Below, one piece after another: positions 1 to 10,345 of a stretch of DNA of 20,000 bases. This DNA comes from Chiloscyllium plagiosum (lineage: Eukaryota). A program made the position numbers and the translations under genes. The notes beneath the pieces were generated by a model that was not told where the DNA came from, made no database searches, and saw only the letters and a list, made by a program, of their open reading frames with translations. The stretch lies in contig NC_057718.1 in the NCBI RefSeq assembly GCF_004010195.1, forward strand, positions 99,538,684 to 99,558,683, written 5' to 3'. Position 1 is the first letter of the stretch. Every line of letters starts with the position of its first letter.

Positions 1-142
1 TAGGACACAAACCCTTACACCTTGTCCAGTCAATACGGCTTTTAAAAGTGCATTAACGCTCCAATTATTTATGAAAAAAAAAGCAAAAATTAAGCTGGTA
101 GGGAAAGTAAAGGGTCCTCTGGCGATATGTATATTTAGTAAA

Positions 143-270
143 ATCACAGAATCTTTACGGTGCAAACGAAGGCCTTTCAATCCATCATGCCCGCTCGATT
201 TTATCCCCTAGTGTCAGTTTCCTGCCTTCACCACATACCCCTGCATAGCATTACTAACCAAATGCTTCAA
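143..270 (-). mobile_element. Degraded CR1/HER1-type LINE 3' tail
   Basis: cacagaatc..tacggtgca..gaaggcc..tcaatccatc resembles the reverse-complemented CR1 3' end seen in other copies in this window. Confidence 0.5.
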
Positions 271-314
271 TGTGTTTTACTGATTCAATTGACTTGAAGT
301 TGTGATTGATGGGA

Positions 315-465
315 CCTCACAGCACAGATGGAGGCCTTTCAGTCTCTCAGGTCCATCTGTTAGACTATCCAATCAGTCCCCCACTCCTCACAGCTGTGCC
401 TAGTTTTCCGTTTCAAGTACTAACCTCATTCCCTTGCCAAAGTAACTGCAGAATGTTGGCAACGT
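315..465 (-). mobile_element. Degraded CR1 3' tail (older subfamily)
   Basis: acagcacagatggaggcc...ctatccaatcagtcccccactcc, typical CR1 3' UTR on the minus strand. Confidence 0.45.
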
Positions 466-467
466 AT

Positions 468-645
468 CCCTCACTGTACCAGGAAGCCGGTTCAATTCCT
501 GCCTGGAGTGACTGTGTGGAGTTTACACATTCTCCCTGTGTCTGCGTGGGTTTCCTCTGGCTACTCTGGTTTCATTCCATAGAGGTGCAGGTTAAGTGGA
601 TTGGCCATGGTAAACTACCCCCAATGTTCAGGGATGTGTAGGCTA
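468..645 (+). mobile_element. HE1 (V-SINE) fragment
   Basis: B-box ggttcaattcc followed by V-domain tgtgtggagttt.cacattctccc.gtgtctgcgtgggtttcctc; homologous to the full copy at 18155-18495. Confidence 0.85.
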
Positions 646-646
646 G

Positions 647-1110
647 CTCCAATAACATTGAAGAAGCTGATGCCATTCAGGGACAAAGTAGCCCCCACTT
701 GATTGGCACCACATCCTCAAGCATCCACTCCCTCCACCACTGACACTCAGTAGCAGCAGTGTGTACTATCTACAAAATGCACTGCAAAACATTCACCAAA
801 GACACTTAGACAGTGCCTTCCAAACCCATGACCACTTCCATCAAGAAGGACAAGGGCAGCAGATACATGGGAACACCCCCACCTTCAAGTTCCCTCCAAG
901 CCACTCCCCATTCTGACTTGGAAATATATCGCTGTTCCTTCGCTGTCGTTGGGTCAAAATCTTGGAATTCCCTCCCAGAGGGCATTGTGGGTCAGCCCAC
1001 AGCAAATGGACTGCAGCAGTTCAAGAAGGCACCTCACCCCCATCTTCTCAAGGGGCAGCTAGGGACGGGCAATAAATGCTGACACAGCCAACAATGTCCA
1101 TATCCCACAT
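647..1110 (+). mobile_element. 3' end of a second CR1-group LINE family (tail gggcaataaatgct...atatcccac)
   Basis: ORF2 C-terminal remnant (SKSWNSLPEGIV...QFKKA); homologous copies at 1935-2625 (-) and 5760-6325 (+). Confidence 0.8.
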
Positions 1111-1111
1111 T

Positions 1112-1702
1112 GAGTCATAGAGCTGTACAGCACAGTCAACTAAATTAATCTAATCCCATTTGCTAGCATTGACCAATATCCCTCTAAACCCTTCCTATTC
1201 ATATACCCATCCAGATACCTTTTAAATGTTGTAACTATACCAGCCTCCATCATTTCCTCTGGCAGCTCACTCCATACACGCACCATCCTCTGTGTGAAAA
1301 AATTGCCCCTTAGATCCCTTTTATATCTTTCCCCTCTTACCCTAAACCTATGCCCTCTAGTTCTGGACTCACACCTCAGGCAAAAGATTTTGTCTATTTA
1401 TCCTATCCATGTCCCACATGATTTTATAAACCACTATAAAGTCACCCTTCAACTTCCGACGCTCCAGGGAAAACAGCCCAGCCTGTTAAGCCTCTCCCTG
1501 TAGCTCAGATCCTCCAACCCTGGCAACATCCTTGTGAATCTTCTCTGAATCCTTTTAAGTTTAACAATAACCTTCCGATAGGAGGGTGACTAGAATTGCA
1601 CGCAATATTCCAAAAGTGGCCTAACCAATGTCCTGTACAGCCGCAACATGACCTCCCAACTCCTGTTCTCAATGCTGTGACCAATAAAGGAAAGTGTGTC
1701 AA
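1112..1702 (-). mobile_element. CR1/HER1 LINE, 5'-truncated, frameshifted
   Basis: RSWEVMLRLYRTLVRPLLEYCVQF peptide; gagtcatagag tail; homologous to 15255-16441 and 16768-17585. Confidence 0.95.
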
Positions 1703-1934
1703 ATAAAAAAAGTGCTTCAGGAATGAGGATGGGAAAGACTGGCAATGCCTTTAATGTTCGAAGGCATGTAGGAGAGAAGACTGAATTCTCCAAAAATTAT
1801 CATAACGTCCAACTAGTTCATTCTACTCATGACGTTACAGAAGTTGAAGTCAAGTAGGGGAACGTGGTTGGTTTCAGTTTGAATGCATTCACTTTAGCGA
1901 GATAAATAAAAACCAGCAGCCTTTTGAAAACCTG

Positions 1935-2625
1935 AACATTTATTCTCATCCCTAATAACCCTTAAAAAGGTGGGAGTAAGCTGCATTCATATAGCCCTTT
2001 CGGTGCAGGTTAAGGAGTGGAAGAATTTTGATCTAGCAATATTGAAGGGACAAGGATGTATTTCCAAGTCCGGATGGTGAGCGGCTCAGAGGGGGACTTG
2101 CAGGAGGTGGTGTTCCCATCCATCTGCTGCCCTTGTCCTTCCAGAAGGCAGTGGCTGTGGGATTGGAAGCTGCTGTCTAGGAAGTCATGGTGCACTTCTG
2201 CAGCGCATGTTGTAGCTAGTAGACACTGATGCTACTGAGCGTCGGTGGTGGAGGGAATGGATGCTTGTGGATGTGGTGCCAATTAAATGGGCTGCTTTGA
2301 TCTGGGTGGTGTCAAGCTTCATGAGTGTGGTTGGAGCTGCACTCATTCCTGTATTCCTGGTGAAGGGCTTTTGCCCGAAACGTCGATTTTACTGCTCCTC
2401 GGATGCTGCCTGACCTGCTGTGCTTTTCCAGCACCACTCTAAGCTAGGCTCTGGTTTCCAGCATCTGCGGTCATTGTTTTTACCGAGCTGCACTCATCCA
2501 GGCAAGTGGGGAATGTTCCATCACACTCCTGACTTGTGATAGATGTTGAGATGGCTTTGAGGAGTTCAGGGATGCTGTAGAATTCCCAGCCTCTGACCTG
2601 TTATTGTAACCACAGTATTTATGTG
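1935..2625 (-). mobile_element. Second CR1-group LINE 3' portion, interrupted by a PLE insert
   Basis: Reverse-complement homology to 647-1110 (e.g. tggtgttccca..tctgctgcccttgtccttc). Confidence 0.8.
2347..2484 (+). mobile_element. Short Penelope-like pLTR-derived insertion with 13-bp TSD
   Basis: TSD gagctgcactcat at 2334-2346 and 2485-2497; body matches the terminus of the GIY-YIG-encoding fragment at 9150-9660. Confidence 0.85.
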
Positions 2626-2627
2626 GA

Positions 2628-2653
2628 ATATATAAATATATATATATATATAT
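2628..2653. repeat. (TA)n microsatellite
   Basis: atatataaatatatatatatatatat. Confidence 0.9.
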
Positions 2654-3231
2654 CCGTAGTTATTTGTGTAAAATAAATATAACATCGGTGATAACATTTC
2701 CTGCTTTGTTTTACATTCAAGTCAAAGACTGCCAATACTACAGGGGAATGTCATATTGTAGAGCATTTCCTGTATTCCCTTATTCAGCAGAGATGTTCCT
2801 GTTCTGAATGGACTACTGTAGATATTTTGAATGAAGCGTGTCATTGTGATGGTACTGTTGGCACTTCCTGTGCTACAGGAAAATCCCAGGCAGACTGCCC
2901 TCTGATGCAAGAGATTAATCTTCAGACAGTCTGATTCATGCAAAGCTGGCCGAGTTTAAGACGTGCGCTCTCTGCTTTCCTCTTCCTTTGTTTTGGAGCA
3001 GATAGCTTCTTGGTTCTTTGAAGTGTCGTGTATGAGGATGCACGATGTCCTGCCAACTGAACGCTTTGTATCCGCTAATCGCGAGCCAGTGCAGGCTCTC
3101 TGTCACTCAGTGGGGCATGTTTTGTTAACCTTTGATTCAAGGTTAGTCTTAGCATTTTGATTTCCATACCTTGGAGGGAATATCGCAGAGGGAGTAACTT
3201 ATTTTGTCTCTGTTTTCCAAGCAGAGCCATA

Positions 3232-3508
3232 ATCATGGAATCCCTACAGTGTGGGGACAGGCCATTCAGCCCATCGAGTCCACACCGACCCTCGGAAGAG
3301 CATCCCATCCAGACCCAACCCCCCTACCCTATCCCTGCATTTTCCACGGCTAACCTACACACTATGGGCAAATTAGCACCCACCTAACCTGCACACCTTT
3401 GGACTGGGTGAGGAAATTGGAGGAGACCCACACAGACAGTCGCCCGAGGCTGGAATTGAACCTGGGTCCCTGGCACTGTGAGGCAGCATTGCTAACCGCT
3501 GAGCCACA
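3232..3508 (-). mobile_element. HE1 SINE, internally deleted
   Basis: Minus-strand A box (gtggctcagcgg), B box (ggttcaattcc), and CR1-derived tail (cacactgtagggattccatgat). Confidence 0.85.
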
Positions 3509-3839
3509 GGGATCTGGAGGTATTGGCAGTGTGGCAATGCTCACACTTTAAATCAGATAATGTTGGGTGTCTCTGCCAAATGAAGCAGAAATTCCCAAAA
3601 AGGATCCTGCATATGGATTTGATCCTCTCCTTACTTTGAAGCTGATGTTGTGGCAAAGTATCATCCAAAGGCATCCCTGGCAAATCAACATCAGTCAGTC
3701 ATCCGTATCCTTATTGCACACAGAATGCTGCCTGACTGATGTTCCTGTGGTAATCCTCACCTTTAAAGAGGCAGGAGCGCTCCATTAGTGAATTACATGG
3801 CTTGCATGTGTCTCTCTTTTTTATTCATTCATGTGATGC

Positions 3840-4032
3840 AGACAGGTTTGGGCTGACACTGTGCAAGTAACATTCACACCACACAAAGTGTCAAGCAATG
3901 ATCATTTCCAACAAGAGAGAATCTAACCATTGCTCTTCAGCATTCAAAGGCATTACTATCACCGAATCCCTCACACCAATATCCTGGGAGTTGTCATTGA
4001 CCAGAAACTGAACTGGACTTGCCACATTAATA
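3840..4032 (+). mobile_element. Degraded RT/thumb fragment of the second CR1-group LINE
   Basis: atcctgggagttgtcattgaccagaaactgaactggact encodes ILGVVIDQKLNWT. Confidence 0.75.
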
Positions 4033-4159
4033 ATTATTTCTATCCCTCGATTCCCATTGACTCCCGTTTCACTAGGGCTCCTTGAAGCCTAATTGTTGGA
4101 CCTTCATTTCATTGGCTGTCACTCTCACCTCCCCTCTGGAATTCAGCTCATTTGTCCAT

Positions 4160-4348
4160 GTTTAACCCAAGGCGGTAATGAGGTCAGGAGCTGAGTGACC
4201 CTGGGGGAACCCAAACTGGGCGTCACTGAGCAGGTTGTTGCTGAGCAGGTGCTGCTGGATAGCACTGTGGGTGACACGTTCTATCACTTTACTGATGATC
4301 AGGAGTACACTGACGGGGCGGTAATTGGCTGGGTTGGATTTGTCCTGC
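4160..4348 (-). mobile_element. Non-LTR reverse transcriptase N-terminal fragment
   Basis: DKSNPANYRPVSVLLIISKVIE...QFGFPQGHSAPDLIT, the canonical non-LTR RT domain 1-2 motifs. Confidence 0.9.
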
Positions 4349-4489
4349 GTTTTGTGTTTCAGAATAACATTGAAAGCAAGGCTTCCATTCTTGTTCCAGC
4401 TCTTGGGAGCTATCTCCTTGCCCTCCCCCATGTGAAGTGGTGCTCCTCAAGCTATCTAAGTAATAGTCTCTCTCACATGGAGGATAGGT

Positions 4490-5020
4490 GATCACACAGT
4501 GGTACTGTCAGAGGGAAGTAATTGAGAACTCCAGGCCACAGCTCTGAGGATAAATGGTTTGAATCTCACCATGTGCTTCCTGGGAGAGTGGTGGAAGCAG
4601 GAACTCTTACAACAAAGAATCTGGGTGAGCATTTAAAATGCTGGGGCACAGTGGGCTATAGACCGAGTGCAGGTAAAAAGGATTAATGTAGTTTGGTGTT
4701 TGCTGATCAGCATGGCAAGGTGGGTTGAAGGTCCTGTTTTTTATGCTGTATGACTGTATGGCAGGCTGGTGAAATTTGAATAGACTCTAGAAGAAAGAGC
4801 TAGCCTAATTATAACCATGTAAGGACTTTCAGTTGTTTAACAACTCAGATGGTTCGCAAATGCCCTTTAGGGAAGGAAACTGCCATCCTTACCTAGACTG
4901 GCTTATACGTGACTCCAGACCCACCGCAAAGTGGTTGACTCTTAAGAACCTCGAGGCAATTAGGGATGGGCAATAAATGCTGGCCTAGTCAGTGACACCC
5001 ATATCCCAGGAATGCATCAA
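4490..5020 (+). mobile_element. tRNA-derived SINE (partner of the second LINE), interrupted by a CR1 tail at about 4573-4757
   Basis: B-box-like ggtttgaatctc; core ggaaggaaactgccatccttacc..gtgactccagaccca; tail tagggatgggcaataaatgctggcc shared with the LINE at 647-1110. Confidence 0.75.
4573..4757 (+). mobile_element. CR1 3' end nested in a SINE
   Basis: gggagagtggtggaagcagg...gggttgaaggtcctgttt..atgctgtatgactgtatg CR1 tail. Confidence 0.7.
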
Positions 5021-5264
5021 AAGGATTATGTTTTTGGTTCCTCTGGTTAATTACTGTCACCTTGCCATTAAATAAAAACATGCCTAATGGAAACATTAAC
5101 CCCTTCCATTCATGAATCAATGATGGAAGGCCATGGGTGTAGAACTTCCTAAAGACCTGAGAACCGACTCGAATATTTGGTTGGCGTGAAATGTTACTTC
5201 ACTTGGTGAGCATGATGGTTTTCATGTCAGTCTCTCTATTTTCTCCTCTGCATGATGTGGAGGT

Positions 5265-5449
5265 GCCCGATGTTGGACTGGGGTGAACATAGTCAGAAGT
5301 CCCACAGTACCAGGCTACAGTCCAACAGGTTTATCTGAAACCACACGCTTTGTCAGGTGCAGTCATTGATGAAGGAGCAGCGCTCTGAAAGCTTGTGATG
5401 TCAAATAAACCTGTTGGACTAAAACCTGGCATCGTGTGACTTTTGACTT
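5265..5449. mobile_element. Fold-back PLE-terminus element (second family) with hammerhead-like motif
   Basis: Arms of about 60 bp, 5291-5351 vs 5388-5449 (agtccaacaggtttat / ataaacctgttggact); central ttgatga-a-ggagc-agc-gctct-gaaa-gctt. Confidence 0.7.
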
Positions 5450-5635
5450 TCTCCTGTGCAGTCAGAGGTAAGACAGGACCCAATTCTTTTCCTGGCTATG
5501 AATCTCAAAGGTGACCTGTGCTCAGTCAAAGCCATAGCCAAGTTAAAATGATCAGACCCAAGGTCCCATATTACTCGTAGAGTCCTTCATGAAATGTAAC
5601 AGTTCAGAAACAGTGGAGATGTCTATTGAGGAGTA

Positions 5636-6325
5636 GGCAATGTTCAGTACCACTCAGACCTCTCTGATATTGAAATAGTCTGTTTTTCCATGTAGTAAGA
5701 CCTGAACAGCATTCAGGCCTAAGCTGATAGGCTGCAAGTGATGTTTGCAAGTAGCTAATACATACCATCTTCAAGTTCCCCTCCAAGCTACTCACTGTCC
5801 TGACTGGGAAATATGTTGTTGTCCCTTCAATGTCGCTGGGTCAAAATCCTGAAATTCCCTCCCTAATGGCATTATGAGTCTACCCACAGCACACGGACTG
5901 TAGCAGTACAAGAAGGCACCTTCTCAAGGGCAACTAGGGTTGGGCAATAAATCCTCATTCACTATAAATCACCATCCTCATGACCTGTCCCACCTGTCAA
6001 TCTTCATTCCACCTATCCACTCCACCCTCCTCCCTGACCTATCACCTTTACCCCCACCTCCATCCACCTATTGCACTCTCAACTACCTTCTCCCCAGCCC
6101 CAACCCCCTCCCATTTAATCTCTCCACCCCTGAGGCTTCCAGCCTCATTTCTGAAGAAGGGCTTTTGCCTGAAACGTCGATTCTTCTGCTCCTCGGATGC
6201 TGCCTGACCTGCTGTGCTTTTCCAGCAGCACTCTAATCTTGACTCTAATCTCCAGCATCTGCAGTACCCACTTTCACCATGGATAATAAATGCCAGGCCC
6301 AGCCAGCAATGTCCATGTCCCATGA
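5636..6325 (+). mobile_element. Second CR1-group LINE remnant (RT piece plus 3' end) with a PLE inserted in its tail
   Basis: 5760-5953 homologous to 880-1078; tail resumes at 6281 (ataataaatgcc..agccagcaatgtccatgtccca). Confidence 0.75.
5954..6279 (+). mobile_element. Penelope-like element 3' region/pLTR
   Basis: C-rich tract plus ctgaagaagggcttttgcctgaaacgtcga terminus; homologous to 9150-9420 (-); imperfect TSD tgggcaataaat/tggataataaat. Confidence 0.85.
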
Positions 6326-6384
6326 GAAAAAAAATGTTTTAAACCTGTTATTACAAACAAGGTGGGGACCTGCTGAATGGGAGA

Positions 6385-6572
6385 CAGGATGGTACAATTA
6401 TAACATTTAAAAGGCATCTGAATGGGCAAATGAATCGAAAGGGTTTAGAGGGATATGGGCCAAATGCTGGCAAATGGGACTAGATTAGGTTAGGATATCC
6501 GGTCAACATGGACGAGTTGGACCGAAGGGTCTGTTTCTGTGCTGTACATCTCTATGACTCTGTGACTCCATG
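6385..6572 (+). mobile_element. CR1/HER1 3' end
   Basis: catttaaaaggcatctg...ggacgagttggaccgaagggtctgttt..ctatgactctgtgactc. Confidence 0.9.
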
Positions 6573-7004
6573 TAAGGAGTGAAGATGTTTATGAGTAAGG
6601 ATTTGGAATCAGCTATCCTGAAAGCATGCTGGGTCAATAGAAACGGAGATGTCCAAGGCATACGTACTATGGATTGTATGGGGTGTGCTGTCTATCAAAC
6701 ATTTGGAGCTGTAACATCTTATTTCCGGCATTTGCCAGTGATTTTTGGAACATTCTGTCTTTTCAGCCAAAATAGTTTATCCTGATGGATTGTAGATAGT
6801 TTTAAGTATGAAAGCAAAGTCATTTCCCAGACCTCATTTGAATTTTGCAGGATCATTTCCTTCCAGTGGGATGTAACTTCAGTTCACACAATGTTGGTCA
6901 TTCACAAGTACTGAAGACACTCCTGAATTAAATATGGCCGAACGGTGGGATAGACAAACAGAAACGTGGAATCGTTACAGCACAGAAGAAGGGCATTCGG
7001 CCCA

Positions 7005-7935
7005 TTGACTTCAGAAAGAAAGGAGGAGGACATGCCCCCATCTACATCAATGGAGCGGAGGTGGAGAGGGTGGAGAGCGTCAAGCTTCTCCAAGTGACAA
7101 TATCCGACAACCAGTCCTGGACCTCCCGCGTAGATGCGACTGTCAGGAAGGCACAACAACGCCTTTCCTTCCTCAAGCAGCTCAGGAAATTCAGCATGTC
7201 CATAAGGACCCTCACCAACTTCTACAGATGCACCACTGAACGCATCCAATCTGGGTGCATTATGGCCTGGTATCACAACTGCTCTGCCCAGGACCATGAG
7301 AAACTACAGAGAATGGTGTGCACAGTCCAGACTATTATGGGAGCCAACCTCCCATCCATGGACTCCATTTACACGGCTCACTGCCACAGAAAGGCTGCCA
7401 ACATTAAAGATCCTCCCACCCTGGTAACAATCTCCAAAAATTTTTCCATCAGGCAGAAGATACAGAAGCCTGAACACATGCACCAGCAGATTCAGGAACA
7501 GCTCCTTCCCAGCTGTTATCAGACTGCTGAATGGACCCTCTAGCCTCAAATAATGCTGACCTTGCTAACTTTAATCTCGCCCAGTACACGCCCTGTACAA
7601 TGTAACCTGTAGGCCTCAAACCAAGCCTTTTTGATTTGTATGATCTGCCTGCATTGCTCATTAGGGAGAAAGTGAGGGCTGCAGGTGCTGGAGATCAGAG
7701 CTGAAAAATGTGTTGCTGGAAAAGTGCAGCAGGTCAGGCAGCATCCAAGGAACAGGAGAATTCAGGAAGATGGGCTTATGCCCGAAACGTTGATTCTCCT
7801 GTTCCCTGGATGCTGCCTGACCTGCTGTGCTTTACCAGCAACACATTTTCAGCTCTGCATTGCTCATTAACAAAGTTTTTTGTTGTGCTTCGATGTGACA
7901 ATAAATCATTCAACTGATCAATAATCAATCAATCA
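7005..7935 (+). mobile_element. Rex1/Babar-clade non-LTR retrotransposon, 5'-truncated
   Basis: DFRK..HAPIYINGAEVERVES..KAQQRLSFLKQLRKF..LTNFYRC..CIMAWY is the typical Rex1 post-RT region; (ATCA)n tail at about 7900-7935. Confidence 0.85.
7664..7854. mobile_element. Fold-back PLE-terminus insertion with perfect 15-bp TSD
   Basis: TSD ctgcattgctcatta at 7649-7663 and 7855-7869; inverted arms 7696-7761 vs 7793-7857. Confidence 0.9.
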
Positions 7936-8004
7936 TGTCACCTCGGGCTCTCCGGATGAACATTATGACTCAATGCCACTCTCCTGCCTTTTCGTACTGA
8001 GAAT

Positions 8005-8530
8005 GAGCGGATTGCCTCATGAGGAAAGGCGAGACAGGGTTTAGAAGAGGCAGAGATGACTTAATTGAAGCATTTAGGTTTCTGAGGGGACTTGACTGGG
8101 TGCACATGGAAGGGATGTGAGAGAATCTAGGTTTACGGGCAACAGTTTAAAAATAAACGGTCATCAATTTAAGACGGCGATGAGGGAATATTTTCTCCCA
8201 GAGAGTTGTGAGTCTTTGGAATTCCCTCCATCAACAAGGCAATGGATGTAGTGTTTTTTAGTAGAAGTCAATGGATTCCTGATTCCCAACGGGATGAAAG
8301 CTTCTGGGGGGATATGCAGGAATGTCGAGTTGAAGTTAAAATCATGTTGAGCCACGACCTTTACTGAATGGTAGCGCAGGTTTGAAGGGCTGAATGGCCT
8401 ACTTCTGAGGAAAGGTCACTCGACCCGAGACATTCACTCTGATTTCTCTCCACGGATGCTGCCAGACCTGCTGAGCTTTTCCAGCAAATTCTGTTTTCGT
8501 TTCTGGCCGACTCCTGCTCCCAGTTCGCAC
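8005..8530 (+). mobile_element. Older CR1 3' fragment
   Basis: tttagaaga..agagatgacttaattgaa..tttctgaggggacttgac..gagggttgtg-like region, tail gggctgaatggcctac..ctcctgctcc. Confidence 0.75.
8404..8505 (+). mobile_element. Short PLE-terminus insert (third family) in CR1 tail
   Basis: ctgaggaaaggtcactcgacccgagac..ggatgctgccagacctgctgagcttttccagca; imperfect TSD tggcctacttctg/tggccgactcctg. Confidence 0.65.
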
Positions 8531-9149
8531 GTTTCTCCTGTAACGTTTTTGCGATTTAAGTAATCGTCCACCGTCCTTTTTAACACCTCATCGTGATTTC
8601 TTTACGGGTTGACTTTGAACGTTGCCAAAGCTTTGCAGCTTGTGCCGATCAGGATGAACGCAAGAACGCCAAATGATCGAATGGTCACTGCTCTCCCATC
8701 AGGCAGAGGGTGATTGGCAACCAGGATTAGAGAGAGAGAGGGACGGACTTTATTTCTGTTTGGTATCACATTTCTGAACCTGTGAAAACCTTGAGAGTTG
8801 CAGGATGTTCTGTTCATGATGCTGACAGACGTGAAGAGTGAGAGACACATGTAGCAAGCTCAGTTGTCACCCTCTGGCTATAACCCTCCCCTGCCCCCAT
8901 CTTTGCAGGACAGCAGCCCTCACTCCCACAGATGGTCACTCGTCCACACGACCTCATCTACAGTCCCAGCCGGTCAAAGGGACAGTTTGGTCTCTGGGTG
9001 TCCTCTCCAGGCTGAGATGAGCAAGAGTCACTCCCTCTAAGGACGGGACGCTGTCCCTTTAAATACTGCTCGCTGGCCTGATTTTGTGAGCCAGCAATCA
9101 GCCAGGTTCCAGGTCTAACCTCTGTACTTGCTCCCCATATGTTAAACCA

Positions 9150-9660
9150 AGTGTGGCGCTGGAAAAGCACAGCAGGTCAGGCATCATCCGAGAAGCAGGA
9201 GAGTCGATGTTTCGGGCTGAAGCCCTTCATCAGGAATGGAGAGGTGGAAGGGGGCTGCGAGATAAATAGGAGGGTGGCACTGGGGGAAAGGTAGCTGGGA
9301 AGGAGCTAGTTAGATGGAGGTGGGTAATGAAGGTGATAGTTCGGAGGGGAGGTTGAAGTAGATAGGTGGGAAGGAAGATGGACAGGTAGGACGGGTCAAG
9401 AGGGCAGTGCCGAGTTGGAGGGTTGGATCTGCGATAACGTGGGGGGGAGGGGAGATGAGGAAACTGGTGAAGTTGACATCAATGCCATGTGCTTGAAGGG
9501 TCCCAAGGTGGAAGATGAGGCATTCTTCCTCCAGGCGTCGGGTGGCTTGGATTTGGCGGTGGAGGAGGACTCGGACTTGCTCGTCCTTGGTGAGGTGGGA
9601 GGGGTAGTTGAAGTTTTCAGCCACAGGGCGGTGGGGTTGTTTGGTGCGTGTGTCCAGGGA
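9150..9660 (-). mobile_element. Penelope-like element: GIY-YIG endonuclease C-terminus plus pLTR
   Basis: PVAENFNYPSH...RRLEEECLIFHLGTLQAHGIDV matches the PLE GIY-YIG C-terminal pattern (PVAxHF...E..I..L.TL.P.G.N); followed by the C-rich tract and a hammerhead motif. Confidence 0.9.
9206..9233 (-). ncRNA. Minimal type I hammerhead ribozyme motif in PLE pLTR
   Basis: Minus strand CTGATGA-A-GGGC-TTCA-GCCC-GAAA-C-ATC; intact CUGAUGA and GAAA boxes around a 4-bp stem II. Confidence 0.65.
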
Positions 9661-9749
9661 CTGGACCTCAGACATCAAAATTAAACTCAAATGTACCACT
9701 GGCACCCCGTTTTGACAGGATTGCAAATTGAGAATTAGTATTTGTAGGC

Positions 9750-10035
9750 AGTCATAGAGTCATCCAGCACGGGAACAGACCCTTCGGTCCCACCAGTCCA
9801 TACCGGCCATAATCCCAAACTGAACTTAGTCCCACCTGCCTGCTCCTGGCCCATATCCCTCCAAACATTTCCTGTTCATGTCTTTATCCAAATGTCTTTT
9901 AAACATTGTAACTGTGCCCACATCCACCACTTCCTCTGGAAGTTCATTCCACACAGGAACTCTGTGTTAAAAAGTGTCCTTTTCAAAGCCTTTCTCCTCT
10001 CACCTTAATAATATGTCTGTTAAACTCCAATCTCC
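9750..10035 (-). mobile_element. CR1/HER1 3' end
   Basis: gtcatagagtcatccagcacgggaacagacccttcggtcc...agttcattccacaca. Confidence 0.9.
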
Positions 10036-10074
10036 TCTTGTCCACGATAGGTTTTTTGAAAGAAAAGCCCCAAC

Positions 10075-10345
10075 TGCGTGTTGCTAGTCATTCATTGCCC
10101 AGAGAGCAGTTGAGAGTCAACCTCATTGCCTTGGTCTGGAGTCACATTGGGGCCAGACCAGGTCAGGATGGCAATCTTTCTTCCCTGAAGGGCACTAGTG
10201 AACCAGATGGGCATTTAAACAACAGTTGATAACATTAACCATTAGGCCAGCTCCTAATACCAAATTCTATCAAATTTAAACTTCCCTGTTGGGATTTGAA
10301 CCTACGTCTGGGGTTTTAAATTATTAGCACAGTGGTATTCCTCCT
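10075..10345 (-). mobile_element. tRNA-derived SINE (LINE-2 partner family)
   Basis: gagagtcaacc.cattgc..ggtctggagtcacat..ggccagaccagg; gggatttgaacc B box on minus strand. Confidence 0.75.

Noticed and set aside
2722..2934. About 70-codon Cys-containing open frame on the plus strand
   Set aside because: No start codon, weak acceptor, no recognisable motif; within chance expectation.
2883..3760. Selenoprotein idea: minus-strand frames with in-frame TGA (CPTE-TGA-QRAC; TGA-TGT-TGA) and a SECIS-like hairpin ATGAA-tcagactgtct..gggcagtctg-cctg-GGAT at 2883-2939
   Set aside because: The 3' GA is out of register with the helix by several nt, the peptides resemble no known selenoprotein, and both putative acceptors (aag|gtatgg, aag|gtgagg) read equally well as donors. 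SECISearch would settle it.
3635..3760. Minus-strand segment with plausible splice sites
   Set aside because: Stops in all three frames; at best non-coding, with no independent support.
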